A DNA stretch of 64,000 nt, from contig NC_042997.1 of assembly GCF_006345805.1 (NCBI RefSeq), positions 107,012,001 through 107,076,000 on the forward strand. The letters run 5' to 3'. Position 1 is the first letter of the stretch. The number at the start of each line of letters is the position of its first letter. Origin of the DNA: Octopus sinensis (taxonomy: Eukaryota). A program made the position numbers and the translations under genes. Of the stretch, positions 38,340 through 52,090 are shown piece after piece. The notes below the pieces were generated by a model, which saw nothing but the letters and a program-made list of their open reading frames with translations, ran no database searches and was not told the DNA's origin.

Positions 38340-38620
38340 CACCTCCTTGATCTTGGCTACCAGCTCAGCACTGATGTTGAAACAGAGCAGTCGGTGTCTT
38401 TCTCAACTGTGCCTTACAAATGATAATCCAGGGGATTACAATGAGGAGAATTAGGAGGCCAGGAATTAAGGCTGGAGAAGTTGTGGGACATTCTCTGACC
38501 ACCACTTCTAACTTTTTTGCAGAAATATGACATGCAGTCAAATGTTGCTGCCACACACACATCCCTATGACAGCATCCTTCTTCAGCAAAGTTGCACCAC
38601 AGTCTCACGTGACATCTGAA
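38340..38620 (-). mobile_element. Tc1/maT-like transposase C-terminal fragment
   Basis: NSWPPNSPHCNPLDYHLxGTVEKDT on the minus strand. Confidence 0.65.
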
Positions 38621-39529
38621 TGGAATCTAACGTCATGTTCAAAGATGTGGTGTCACATGACATTACCCTCACTGTTGACACACCCAGAGATGAGCCTGTT
38701 GTACTCCTTCCTGCTGGTCATGACTTTGTAGTCTCTGTTGCTGCTGTGCATGTCATGTCTTACATCTTTTACAGTGTTCAGAAAGCATTTAGCTGCAGTC
38801 ATGTCAGCATCTTTTATACCCAGTATGAATCATCATGATACAGCTAACTCTCTTCCAATATTCAGATGGTTTCCAGTCCTCTCTTTTAGCTGCTGACTTT
38901 TTTTTTTAACTTTATACTCTCCAACAATATTGACTGTTCACCAATACATAAAGTGTTTTTTTCTAAAAGGTGACATAAAAATATTGTGAAATTAAGCCTG
39001 AATACACTGTGTCCCAATGTTTATATTTACAAAATTGCAGGCTCTGAACTTGTGGTGTGTAAATTGTTTGTTTCGTAAAGGCATAATATAAATGTACCTT
39101 TTATATGAATTAAATCTGGCAGCTAGCTCTCATTGGCTCCCTTTGTCTCTGAAATGGTGTGTTTTTCAGAGAAATATATCTTGCTCTTGAAATCTGCAAT
39201 CCAAACATAAATAATTATTACTTCACCCAAGAAGTAAGCTTAAAATATTGCAGATAAATATAAAATTTTATAAAAAATACTCTGATGCTTTATCATAAAT
39301 TCCCATGAATCAAATAAAAATTGCTTTAAGGTTTTGAAATTGAGATTAATTTTTGTTGATTATTAATACAATGTTATAAAGAATATCTTTATTTTATTTC
39401 ATCATGATTAACTCTATGACATCTGCATATATATATATATATTTTTCTTTTGCAAGATATTCACCTTTAGTTCGTCAATTTTCCGGATCAACTGAAATTT
39501 ACTTTTTGACTTTCAGCTTTTATCACTGT

Positions 39530-40720
39530 TCAGTGAGGAAATTTGCTCTTTTAGTTTCCCATTTTATTTCATTAAAAGAACTATTTTCTGGTTCAAGTTT
39601 TTTCCTATCACATCCTGCAACACATGTGTATGCTGTTCTTTGACTTTCTGGAAAGATTTGACGAAGATTTTGCAATTCTGACATCTTTCCGTAATGACAT
39701 CTCTTTCAGAATGTTCCGTTTCTTTACGCTGCACTGGCACCATCCTCCAAACCGGTTGCTCGATTGGGCAATGATCACCTGTGTCAATATGGTGCTTCAC
39801 ACTACACTCCATCTGCAGTTCCGATTTCGGTAGGATCACTGTCATGCATAATTCTTTCACTTCACCACCTGTAATTATCCACTTTACCACCTTGACACAG
39901 TCTAATCTTTCTTTGAACCAAAGCTTCATAAAGCAGACGTCCAATTCACACCTGATAAACGACAAGTAGTCCAGAACTAAGAAACAAGGATACTTCATCA
40001 CCACATAGACTGGAAGCACAACCTTTTGTCCTGCAACTTTAATCAGGACATCAACCGATCTTCTCAGTTGAGTACAGTGTCCCACAATGTCAACAATTTA
40101 TTCCAGCCGTCTCTTGTTCTTTCTTCTTCAAACAGCTTTGTTTTTTATGTCTCACCTTCTTGTGGTACCAACAACTTCCATTAAATCTTCCTGCTTCACG
40201 TACTTGCCCCTTCCTTGCTTTGAAATCAGGACTGTAGTCCACCTGAAACCTTCCTGTGCCTGACCTTAACACTCAAATTCCAGAGCTCTAGCCAATACCT
40301 CTTGCATTGTTTCACTTGAACTTTGAGCTCTACACTGCCCTGCCCTAAGCATCGATAAACTGCTCTTTCTGAAGAAGAGCCAAAGGTTCCTGGGCAAGCA
40401 GTTGTGATTCTCCTCTAACCCTTATGTGGGTCTGAAATCGTACCTGTACACTTCACTCAGGCACATTGTGCCATATCTTCTCTTGAACAGTTCAACTATT
40501 GAAGAATAACAGCTTCTGTCCTCCACAGACAACTGGTTCAGTACCTCTAGTGCAGTGCCCTTTGCTCATCATCCCATCCGTTCTGGTCAGCCAATAGTTC
40601 AAACTGGACATGGTAGGCCTCCCTTGACACTTTTTCCATCAAATTCCTGTGGTTTCTTTTTAGTGGGAGCTCCACTGCGGACTTACACTTATTTGGAACA
40701 AATCTTTTGGCTACTTGCAT
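39530..40720 (-). mobile_element. Gypsy/Ty3 LTR retrotransposon internal fragment (gag-protease-start of RT), no LTRs seen
   Basis: KPQEFDGKV, AYHVQFELLADQNGWDDEQ, EQFIDA, VLARALEFE, VKHHIDTGDHCPIEQP. Confidence 0.8.
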
Positions 40721-40744
40721 AATTTTTTTTCTATCTAATATCTT

Positions 40745-41330
40745 TTAGCAAGCCGCCCCGACTGGCTTCTGTGCCAGTGGCACATAAAAAGCACCATCCG
40801 AACGTGGCCAATGCCAGTGCCGCCCCGACTGGCTTCTGTGCCGGTGGCACATTAAAAGCACCATCCGAACGTGGCCGATGCCAGCCAGCGCCGCCCCGAC
40901 TGGCTTCTGTGCCGGTGGCACATAAAAAGCACCCTCCGAACGTGGCCGATGCCAGCGCCACCCCGACTGGCTTCCGTGCCGGTGGCACATAAAAAGCACC
41001 ATCCGAACTTGGCCGATGCCAGCGCCGCCCCGACTGGCTCCTGTACCAGTGGCACATAAAAAGCACCATCCGTACGTGGCCAATGCCAGCCGCCCCGACT
41101 GGCTTCTGTGCCGGTAGCACCATCCGAACGTGGCCGATGCCAGCCAGCTCCGCCCCGACTGGCTTCTGTGCCGGTGGCACATAAAAAGCACCATCTGAAC
41201 GTGGCCGTTGCCAGCGCAGCCCCGACTGGCTTCCGTGCCGGTGGCACGTTAAAAGCTCCAACCAATCGTGGCCGATGCCGGACCCCCCTGGCACCTGTGC
41301 AAGTGGCACGTAAAAAGCACCCACTACACT
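40745..41330 (+). repeat. Minisatellite of ~8-9 units of ~60-70 bp
   Basis: Unit GCCCCGACTGGCTTCTGTGCCGGTGGCACATAAAAAGCACCATCCGAACGTGGCCGATGCCAGC. Confidence 0.92.
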
Positions 41331-41488
41331 CGCGGAGTGGTTGGCGTTAGGAAGGGCATCCAGCTGTAGAAACTCTGCCAGATCAGACTGGAGCCTGGTG
41401 CAGCCCCTGGCTTCCCAGACCCCGGTCGAACCGTCCAACCCGTGCTAGCGCGGAAAACGGACGTTAAACGATGATGATGATGATGATG
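40745..41488 (+). mobile_element. RTE-family 3' UTR copy (or RTE-tail SINE) with expanded internal minisatellite and (GAT)n tail
   Basis: GAGTGGTTGGCGTTAGGAAGGGCATCCAGCTGTAGAAAC...GGACGTTAAACGATGATGATG; homologous to the 3' UTR of the RTE at 60151-60540. Confidence 0.8.
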
Positions 41489-42377
41489 AAGGTCATTACC
41501 AAAAGATTCTACTCATTAAGTTTTTTTAAACATCATAATAAATATGAGAAAGTAAATATTAGGCACCGCTGTCCCAGTTTTGGCCCTACATTTTTTAATA
41601 ATTTTTTTTGTACTGTGAAAATGTACAGCTTATGAAATACCCGAGACATTTTGAGTCAGAATCAATTTTAGGCATTACTTATCAAATATTTGGCTATCTA
41701 AAGCTGTATAACTGTTTGTAGTACCAAATATCTTTTAAAGAGACTTTCACTAAAAATTTCTACTCATCAAATGCTTTTTAAAAAATAGGATTAAAATAGT
41801 TTGCTTTTCCAATAACTGAGAAATTATGAGGCAAAGTAAGTATCAGGTGTTACTCTCCCATTTTTGCCCCTACATATTTTATCATAACTTGTTTTCTACT
41901 GAACCTAATTTCGATTATTTTATGTGAAAGTATAGCTTAGCACAGATTTATCCTGGCACAAAAAGCTGAATTAAGATTAAGCTAAAAGTGTCAAATTGGA
42001 TGCAAGTGAGTAAGGGTTAACCTAAACTCTTTTACATGTTTCAGTCATCTGACAGTAGCCATGCTGGAGCACCACCCTTCACACACGGTAGTGTGTGAAT
42101 AATAACGATGACACTACCGATGTGTTTGTATGTCTGCTAAAAAATGTGTTTATATTTCCCGCCTTCCTTCTCCAGCACTTTCGGGGATGCTCCTGATTAA
42201 TATCTAAATGTAAACTCTTCATTCAAATGTATTTTCGTATTATGAAAACTGTTTCTAATGGGAAATTCCTTACGTGTCTACATAACATGTAAATCTTGGT
42301 AATTGCAATCAGAAAATAAATCACATGTGATGGAGAATAAATAATACCAGAAACATTTATATTTTCCTGTCATAATG

Positions 42378-45300
42378 GAAGTGTGTCGGGTTCGACAATG
42401 ACATCAGTGACGCCAAAGGTGGATGCGCAGATGCGGCCACATGTTGGGCACATAACAGCAGATGTAGGGTTGGGGATCCTCTCTTTTCAGGCTTGTCACT
42501 TTTCCTCGAACAGCCTGACACCCTTTTGGACTGCTGGACGCCAGGCACTGTAGTCAGAGATAAGCGATTCCCAGCCACGGGCTGAAATGCCACAGGCCAA
42601 AAGGGAAGTTTTCAGGCTCTCCTTGTATCGCCTCAGTGGCCTTCCAGGGTTTCTTGCTCCAGAAGCCAGCTCAAAGAAGAAGATTATCTTTGGTAGACAC
42701 GCGTCGTCCATTCGGACTACATGTCCGACCCACTGGAGCTGGGCCTTCAAGATGAGGGCTTCAATCTCAGGCATTTCAGCTCTGTGAAGCACATCAGTGA
42801 TGGAGACTGTCCTCCCAGGAAATTCTCATGATTCGTCGCAAGTAGCAGAGGTGGAACTGGTCAAGTACTCGCAGAGAGGTGATGACGACTGCAAGCTTCG
42901 TGGAAAGTCTGATGCCTCGTTCAGCCTACACACGTGTCCAAAGTCTGCCAAACGAAGCTCCTGCTTTCGCAAGTCTCATGGAGATCTGCAGTTTGAGGAC
43001 AGGCATCCTCCCAGGTATGTAAAGCTCTCCACGTTGTTCAGAGTTGTACCCTCAGTCTTAATCTGAGGCTCAGGAGGTGTCAGGCCAGGTGCAGGTTGAG
43101 GCATCACCTCTGTTTTTCGCAGGCTAATGGTCAGTCTGAAGGCTTTTGCTGCTCCTGTGAGACAAGTGGCAAGTTCTTGCAGGTCTTGTTCATTCAATGC
43201 TGCAAGCACACAATCGTCTGCAAACAAGAAGTCTCACTAGGGTGTCCAGGACTTTGGTTTTTGCCTTCAGACGTCTGAGGTCAAAGAATCAGCCGTGACA
43301 TCTGTAGCGAATAGTGACATCAGCATCAGACTTTGACAGGTTGTGGAAGAGCAAGGTGGCAAACATGAGGCTGAGGAGTGTGGGAGCCATCACAGCTTTG
43401 CTTCACGCCACTGGAGACTGGGAATGGATCAGAGACATCTCCGTTTTCCACGATGCGAGCCATGATCCTGACGAGCTTTGATGGGCAGCCTAGGTTGGAC
43501 AAGATATCACACAGGCCCTCTCGGCTGTCAAAAGCTTTCGTCAGGTGCACGAAGAGGATGTAGAGGCTCTGGTTTTGTTCTCGGCACGTCTCTTGTATCT
43601 GCCGAACTGCAAACACATGTGTACTGTCCGCCTGTTGTTCCTAAATCCACACTGGCTCTCTGAGACCACGTCGTCCAGCAGGTGGTGTGTGATGCAGTTC
43701 AGAAAAACACGGGCTATGATCTTTCCTGCGATGCTCAGCAATGAGATGCCCTGTGGTTGTCACATGAAGCTCTGCCCCACTTGTTCTTGTTCAGATGCAC
43801 GATGTTGGCATCCTTGAAGTCCTGCAGCACTGACCCTTCATCCTAGAACTGCTGTATCAGCTCAGTCAGCTTGATGGTAACAGCTTCACATCCTTCTTTG
43901 AAGATCTCTGGGGGTATTCCGTCAGGACCAGGTGCTATCCCCACATGTAGTTGCTTAATGGACTTCTGCCAGATTTGAGTGGTGGGGGGTCATCAATCAA
44001 TACCAGGACTGGGCGCTGTAGCATGTCGTGGATGGCCTGCTGGTCAATCTGGGAAGGTCTGTTTAGCAGCTGACTGAAGTGTTCACTCCAGCGCTGTATG
44101 ATGTCGCTCTTCTCAGTAAGCAGGGTTCCATCGGCAGAGCGCACCGGTGCCATTGCATTTAGCGTGGAGCCATACACGTCTTTCAGGCTGGCAAAGAACT
44201 TCTTGGAGTTGAGCTCGTCTGCATACTGCTGTAGTTTTGCAGCCTTGTTTTCCAACTACTTGTCTTTCATCTGTTGCAGCTCAGTCTGTACCTTTCCTCT
44301 GATGTTCTTGAGGCGGTCGTGCTTGGCTTGGGAGTCTTTTTCGTTGAGCCAGGCTGTGAAGGCTTCTTTCTTCTCTAGAGGAGGGTGGTGATCTCCTTGT
44401 TGTTGTCAAACCAATCTTGGTATTTCCGTTGTGTGTGGCCAAGGGTAAGGCTGGCAGAATCATACACTGCATCCTGGAAGTTAGCCCAGGCCTTCTCAAG
44501 GTTTCCTTCTGCTGGCAGATATTCAAGCTGGTTTGCAAGGTTGGAAATGAGGGTCTCTTTTGTTTTTGGTTCATTGGGTTTCTGCTCTTCCAGTTTTTTT
44601 TTAACAACAGCTTTCTAGCGTCTGTGTCTGCTGACGATGGAAAAGACAGTCTGCACCTCAACAGCAGGTGACATTTCCAGCAGCCAGCTAACCTCATTGC
44701 CCATAGACAGGATGATGCGAACATCCTGGATGTCATGGCGCCTGGTGATCACATAGTTAATCAGGTGCCAATTCTTGGACCTTGGGTGCATCCAGGTAAC
44801 CTTGTGGATGTCAGGCAGTTGGTACAGGGTATAGGTAATGGTGAGTCTCTTTTCAGTGCAGAAGGTGAGTAGCAGTTGACAGTTGGTATTCTCATGTCCG
44901 ATGACATCTGGCCAAGACTGGGCATCTCTGCCTACACGGGCATTAATGTCCCTGAGTATCAGAAGCTGGTGGTCTTTAGGAACTGACCGTAGCACTTTGA
45001 TGAAGTTCTGATGGAACAGCTCTTTCTTCTCCAGAGTGTAGGTTGTGGTGGGAGCGTAAGCACTGATGATGTCAGGTGCATCTTGCCTTGGAGAGGAATT
45101 CTCATCACCATCAGGTGGTCACTGATTCCTCTTGGAAGAGACACCAGATTCTTGACGAGGGCGGTGCGAATGGCAAAGCCAGCTCCTGCTTCCCTGCATT
45201 CAACCGGTGCCTTCTATGACCAAAAGAAAGTGCATCCAGCTCAAGCCTCGGTGATCTCCCTCCTGTCAACAAGGTGTGTCTCGCTGAGGGCAACAACATC

Positions 45301-46258
45301 AATGCTGTATCTCTGCAGTTCTTGACCCACAAATGCTGTTTAACGTTCTTGTCTGTCACAGTTTTGGTTTGTCCATGAGTGTCCTGATGTTCCAGGCTCC
45401 AACACATAAAGTGCTTTTCCAGCAGGAGGATTTTGGGTTCTTTCGTATTTCTTTCATGTTAAGACTGCACGGTAGATGACCAGGGGGTGGAGCAGTGCTA
45501 TCCCTAAATTGGGCTACTTTGTCATCAGAGTGGCTGCCGAACTATGCCCTTGCTCGGTAGGCTGCAGAACGACCATCCTGCCCTGATCGTCTGTGTGCAG
45601 GTCCATGGCTAGCAGCTCCCAACGCCATTCTGCACCTGCCATCGTCACCACTTGCCCATCGCCTCAGAAGAAGTAGAGGGGGTGCAGTCACTGAATCTTG
45701 GACAAGAGAACTGTGGAGGCATGGGTTGCTCAAGCCCAGGACCCCCTTCTCAGTCCAACCGATCTAGCCAGGAGGGACGCAGGACGACACATCCTAGCCA
45801 CGACTGGACTGCAAGCACTGCCGGAGAGATGATGGATTTCATCACCTAACCGCCTTAGGGGCTCCACTCCAGATTTGGATATGGTTTACTCCCGAGCCTT
45901 TGATTAACCAAAAAGACCTACCCGCAAGGCAGCGGGAGACTCTTGGAGGGTGGGGACGTCTTACTACCCGTACAGGACCAGAAGGACCTGCCCACTGCCC
46001 ATACAATATATACAATACACACACACAGACCAAAATGCAAACACTCCACAAGCACACATAGTTGAATGGCCATTGATTACGTTGTAGTTCTTTCGTCCTT
46101 TGACAGGTCTTATTTTTTGTCCTGCAGGGTGTTCAAGAAGCACCCACCTCACCAAGCAAGCCTGGAAGGGGTTGCCAGTTTAGTCACCAGCGACCCGACC
46201 ATAAAACAGGTTGTACTGGGCCACATGGTACCAGTAGCACTCGAGAGCAACCTGACAT
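42378..46258 (-). mobile_element. Near full-length RTE (BovB-like) LINE, heavily frameshifted
   Basis: APE motifs (DINARVG, WMHPRSKNWHLINYVI), RT motifs (LSIAGKI, ESQCGFR, DLTKAFD, FADDC), C-terminal CPTCGRIC; long 5' UTR. Confidence 0.88.
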
Positions 46259-46596
46259 ACATATATACTATATATACACATATACTAAAATACTAAAATG
46301 TTTGTATGTTAACTATTGAAATTAAATTTATTTTCATTGTAAATGAAGAACTAAGCAGTTATTATCTCTGAAAGTTTGCAAATTTCAGGTAATTTTAACC
46401 AATCGAAAGCCAGACATGTTTTATAAACTGATTTTTTTTTTTGCTTCTACTCAACTTTTCAGTGAAGGTAAAGAATACATACACCCAGTGTTTAGCGTTA
46501 GGGTTTAGGATTACTGTTTAGTGTTAGGGTTATGCTGAAATCGGGTGGTGTGCCTATTCTGTACCTCCCCCGAGAGATCTCCTTGACTTGTGCCAG

Positions 46597-47102
46597 ATTT
46601 GACTACTATTTCTAGCTATGAAAGAAAAATGTCTATAATTTGTTCGAGATTTGGCTGCTATTTCTAGCTATGGAAGAGAGATGACTATCAATTTTGCAGG
46701 ATTTGGCTACTATTTCTAGCTATGGAAATTACCTTCTGCATTTTCCATCGTTGCCAATTTAGTTTGTTGTGTGTTTTATTTTGAGAAATGGGTAATTTGA
46801 AATAAAATTTTCTGAAAGTACGTTTCAGATGGTGGAGATAAGATTATGTATGAATTTGTGAAAAGAAAAGTACAACTGAATGGAGGTTGTGGATAATTTA
46901 TACACGTCGACTTTATTTCCTCGTACTTCTAGTTTTAAAATTATGCTGAAAAATAAGGCAGAGTCGGATTAGCTAATCCCCATACATTGGATATCATTTG
47001 TTTTGAATGGGATTTTTTCAAATTATCTTCACCACGCATTTAAAATGATGGGGAGGGGGGGGGGGCTTTTATGAAAAATTTATAAAAATCTGATTCCCAC
47101 CC
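46597..47102 (+). repeat. Diverged paralogue of the ZNF-gene first-intron sequence (32590-32815 + 34755-35048)
   Basis: Colinear shared blocks, e.g. AAATAAAATTTTCTGAAAGTACGT, TGAATGGAGGTTRTGGATAATTTATA, TTTTTTCAAATTAYCTTCACCAC. Confidence 0.75.
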
Positions 47103-48439
47103 GCTTTTAAGACACCAAACATGATTGCAATTCCTGGGTAGAATGTAGTCTACTGATGTGAAAGGATGAAAGTAAATGGATGATTTTGTTTGTTTAGATC
47201 TTTGTTGTTGAGTAGTCATCTTAGAGTGCTTTTTAATGTATTTCTTTGTTAATTATTGATTTACCCCTTGTGTTAATGTTTAGTTGTGTAGAAACGTATG
47301 CTACAATAGTGAAAAATTAATGTAGTTTGTATTTGCATTTGAGATAAATATTTACAGATGCTTGGAGATAAAATATATGTTAGTGCAGAACTCTTTGCTT
47401 TGAGGAAGAATTTTTTAGTTTAAAAGCGAAGGGTGCTTGATTTTTGCAACATTCTGTGATAGCTTGATACATATAGTTTTGTATTTGTGGCCGTTAGTTT
47501 TTAACAGAGACATACGAGTGAAAAGTCAAAAGTGTGTGTGTAAATTCTGAGTGCTCAATGAATTTAATAAAATCACTAGATGCATGTGTACGTGCATATA
47601 TATTCAATAGAATGACTGGAGAAATTTACACTGTGCTCACGAAAAATTGTTTTTCCACAGATTATTGCAGGTACTATGGGGTCAAATTTAATCTTGTTGA
47701 TTTCATATTGCAGATTTCGCAAGAATTAGAAATTAAAAATTAGAGATGTTTGAGTTGAATTGGTTTCTGTTTCTTCAACTTTCGTTTTAAATTAGGAAAC
47801 TAATTTTGCTGAGGGCGGACACAAACGAGAATGAATGTTGAGCTAGAGAGAAAGGTGTATTGTGTCGCATATATGGAGTAAACTTAATGTGTAATGAGAA
47901 CTCTTGCGACCATCAAAGAAATGAATCCAATGTTGGCATCGCTGGTTATACTTTCTATGTCAGATTGACACATTTCTCACCATAGCATGCAATACATAGT
48001 AAGATTTTCTCCCCTTCATAAAGGGTAAAGATTAACCTATGAATACCAATGTTATGGGTAAATATGAAGATGAATATGAATATATAAAATATAATATACT
48101 TCAACCATGTACTCTATGTATACATACATACATATGCACGGGCATGCGTATATTTTTAAACAGGCACAAATTTTCAATTTCCTTGTCGCACACATTTCGC
48201 TTTTGCTGTACACAGTGCGGCACTGTTAATGAAAGGTTTTGAAAAATGAGATTAATAGAAAGGGTCAATTTGATAAAACATGGAGACACAGGACTAGGGA
48301 CTGGCGTGTTACAACTGAGTTAAAATGACATAACATTAACATCATAAAACATTGGTTTATGCCATAACATTAGAAAAGGTCAAAAGACTCCATTTGTATA
48401 AAGTTACAGGCATTGTTATACCGAAACACTATTTGGGAC

Positions 48440-48780
48440 CACAAAACCATAATCCAAACTAAATCACTGACCCCAATCTGAAAATAGAAACCTAACAACC
48501 AATAATGAATCCTAACTTGTAAGCCCTAAACCTTAACTCTCACACAAAACACCAACCTGAACCCTAATCTCTGGTTAAGCCATGACCACAAACACTTAAC
48601 TCCCGGCCCAAAGCCATGGCTCTAAATCTAATCATTTTTAATCTACACTCCCCTCAACAATAAGTGTCTAACCCCTATTACCATACAACCTAACTATTTA
48701 CTGTAAATCCTTTCACTAATCCCCAAGCTAACCCTACTATAGTCTAAACCCCAATCCTAACAGCAAACCCACAACAAAAT
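48440..48780. repeat. Degenerate (CCCTAA)-like C/A-rich repeat
   Basis: Repeated AACCCTAA/CCTAAC/CCCTAAACC variants. Confidence 0.5.
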
Positions 48781-48784
48781 AATA

Positions 48785-49205
48785 ATAATAATAATAATGA
48801 AATTATTGTATACAGTACTCAGGTGCACCACAACTTGTCAAAAGTGCATATAAAGCATATGCAGTAATGTACAAATGTCTGGAAAGGGAACAGTGTATGA
48901 GTCAGATACATGCTTGTGTGTGTATGGATGGGAGAAAATCAGGTGTAGTGTTGGCGAATCTCAGGAAGCATGGAAGTTTTGAAGCATGCAGTGCTCCGAC
49001 AACTAACAACAGATGCCGGCAGTTTGTTCCGTGCTTCAGCAACTCTTAGCGTGAAAAAATGTTTCCGAAGGTCAAGGGAGCTGTGCTGTTTTCTGACTTT
49101 GTAAACATGTCCATGGGTGTTAGACAGGTGAAGTTTGAAAAGGTGCTCAGAGTTATTGTTAGTAAGATGGTTAATAATTTTATGGGCGTCTGCCAAGTCA
49201 GCCGC
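48785..49205 (-). mobile_element. CR1-group LINE 3' fragment (same family as 33260-34098)
   Basis: AADLADAHKIINHLTNNNSEHLFKLHLSNT...LPEIRQHYT; (TAA)n tail. Confidence 0.85.
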
Positions 49206-50004
49206 CAGAATAAGAAAAACCACTTGCTTTTGGTCATTTGTTAGCTGTAATTTCAGATATGATATGCAAACAACGAGCAAAATATTAACCAACAACATTT
49301 CAAAGCTAAGTAACCATTGAAAATCTCTTGTTTAAAAGATATAGTTGTCCTTCCATTTACACAGTACACTACTTCCAAAAATCATGTGAAATAAAATAGG
49401 TTTTTATGAATTAATTATTGGAATGAAATAAGAAATACAATTCACATTTGTCTGTGTGTCATCATCATTTAACATCACTCTTCCATACTTGCATAAACTG
49501 GACTCTTTGACAGGATCTGAACTGAAGAACTGCACTGTGCTACGTGTTTTGACATGGTTCCTCTGTGAATGGGCATTTTTTGAAACATTAGCATTTGCAA
49601 AGTCACCAAGTACTTGACAAGATAATGGAAAATCCCTTCAACTGAGTAGGTTGTTAGTAGTGAGGAAGGTGGCTTTAGGCTCGACTGAAGTATGATATGG
49701 TTTTAAAATATTGAAGATTCGGCGATTGCACTGGGACTCGTTTCTTCTTTGCTTCTTATGAGTGTTTTAACAATTCTTTCTATTAAGCTATTTTGCATTT
49801 TCTATCGAATACTGTCCAGTTTGAAGTGGATTTTTTTACAGTAAAGTTTCTTTTCCAGGGAAATGAAACATGTCCCTGGAACATTTCAAATTCAAAATTA
49901 TATCATAAAATAAATGGAAAAATTGGAACAAGTGTTATTTCTATATTTTTAAAACAATCAATGAGAAAAACAATTAGCAAACCTGTGAAAGTGAAAAACC
50001 ATCA

Positions 50005-50335
50005 GATACATGCTTGCATGTGTATGGAGGGGAGAAAATCAGGTGTAGTGTTGGCGAATCTTAGGAAGCATGGAAGTTTTGAAGGATGCAGTGCTCCGAC
50101 AACTAACAACTGATGCTGGCAGTTTGTTCCATACTTTAGCAACTCTTAGTGTGAAAAAATGTTTCTGAAAGTCATGGGAGCTGTGTTGTTTTCTGACTTT
50201 GTAAACATGTCCACGGGTGTTAGATAGGTGGAGTTTGAAAAGGTGCTCAGAGTTATTGTTAGTAAGATGGTTAATAATTTTATGGGTGTCTGCCAAGTCA
50301 GCTGCCAAACGTTGGAGCTTCAATGTATCCATGTT
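50005..50335 (-). mobile_element. CR1-group LINE 3' fragment (third copy)
   Basis: MDTLKLQRLAADLADTHKIINHL...LPKIRQHYT. Confidence 0.85.
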
Positions 50336-50429
50336 CAATATGATTTCATTAAAATCCACACTTCCCATCAAATACTGCATTCTTCCACAAAGAACGATGT
50401 ACAGTGATGTTTTTTACTTTCTATAGTGT

Positions 50430-50790
50430 ATTCTTGATACAATGCTCATACATTAATTTCAATCTGTTGACGAGGTTTTTACTCAGGATTAACTTACCAT
50501 ACAAACATTGATAAGAGACATAATTGCTTTCCATCCTAACCTCATAACCACTCTTAATATAATTGGTGCTGAAGTACTGCAGGCTCCATACTGGTAGATG
50601 AACAGCATTCCAGGGCTTAACATCACTTACATGACATTGGATACCCAGTATATGCACAAATTCACCTCCTGACATATTTGCAGTAGTAGCAAGCCATTTC
50701 TATTGTGCTTTCCAACTCCATGTTTTCCAATCACATTTTAAATTTCGTGATCCCTTGCCAATGCTAGCATTGAAACCAGCAAATATGATG
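50430..50790 (-). mobile_element. Degraded RTE endonuclease fragment
   Basis: IIFAGFNASIGK, resembling ILGDFNARVG, plus downstream APE similarity. Confidence 0.5.
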
Positions 50791-50794
50791 ATTT

Positions 50795-52090
50795 GATCAG
50801 CACAAAGAACATTGCAAATGAGCTGCTTTAATGAATGTGAGATAAAAGGCCTAGTTTCAACAGTGCAGATATTCACTAAGGATATCGGAATGAAATTTGG
50901 GATTAAAAAGTGCCGTATGCTTTTAATATAAAGAGGCAAAGTAGTGTCGTCTGACAGTATAGAGCTACTCAATGGTGAGAATCAAGAATATGAGACTAAT
51001 GGATATAAATATCTGGAGATTTTGGAATATGACAAATCAAGGAAGATGAAATGAAGGAAAGCTTTCAGTGAAAATATCACAGAAGAATCAGATTAATTAT
51101 GGGAAGTAGGCTCTGGCAAAAAACAAGATCAGGCCATGAACACATGGGCTGTTTCCTTAATGTGATATGACGCAGGTGTTGTTAGGTGGACAAAGAACAA
51201 GCTTGAGGAAATAGACAGGAAAACCAGAAAATTGATGACAATTAACAAGTAACTACACCCCAAAAGTGATACTGACAGACAATATGTAACTAGGAACAGA
51301 GAAGGAAGAAGCCTCAGAGGAGATACATCAAACAGCAGAGTGAATCCTTGCTTACCACTGTCAGAATTAACAATACAATAGCTACCGAAAATCTGATGCA
51401 TCCCCAAACATTAAAGAAATATGTAAAAGAAAGAGTAAACAATTGGAAAATGAAATCATTGCAATACGTCAGAGGAATGGAAGGAAAATCCATATCAACA
51501 TTGGGAGATGGCTAATAATAACTGATCTGAAAGGATGCACGGAATCACTGATATGCAGCATTTAAGATCAAGCTCTGAGGACTAATTACAGCAAGTTTCA
51601 AATGGATAAGAGTAATGAATCACATCTTTGTAGGGTGTGTGGCAGCAGAAAGGAAACACTCTCACATATTGTGAGTGAGTGAAGCAAGCTAAGCCAAAAG
51701 CACGACAAAAGGAGGCAGAATAACATGGCTAAGTTTGTCCATTGGAGGCTGTGTGGAAAATACAGCCTGAACAGAGCACAGAAATGGTACGAAAATAAAG
51801 CAGAATGAGTCACCGAGAACAAGGAATATAAGATACTGTGGCATTTTACAATCCAATGAGACTCCGTAATCAAGGCTTGGAGACCAAATATTGCTGTGGC
51901 AGATAAAAGTAAAAAGGACACCAAGATTATAGACATTGCAAATGGGAATGAACACATGAATGAGAAAGTACGAGAAGTGATTGAAAAGTAGAGACTATTA
52001 AAAGACGAAATTACAAGAATGTGGATCATGAGGAGGGTGTCTATCATTGCAGTAGTTGTAGGGGTACATGGAGCACTAACAACCAAATAG
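50795..52090 (+). mobile_element. R4/Dong element 3' half (thumb, CCHC, RLE), degraded
   Basis: DIGMKFGIKKC, GYKYLEI, EEIDRKTRKLMT, CRVCGSRKETLSHIVSE, RPNIAV...KIIDIA. Confidence 0.78.

Noticed and set aside
40731-41438. 235-aa and overlapping repetitive ORFs; also a CRISPR-like appearance
   Set aside because: Tandem minisatellite with no unique spacers, in eukaryotic retroelement context, with no cas genes.
41520-42020. Possible piggyBac-type MITE ending AAGGGTTAA
   Set aside because: No matching left TTAACCCT end found.
45420-46258. HDV-like ribozyme expected in an RTE 5' UTR (AUGGUC...CAGCCU resemblance near 45560-45580)
   Set aside because: I could not build P1/P2/P3 pairings by hand. 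It needs an RNArobo/Infernal search.
48440-48780. Interstitial telomere
   Set aside because: Too degenerate; no run of perfect TTAGGG units.
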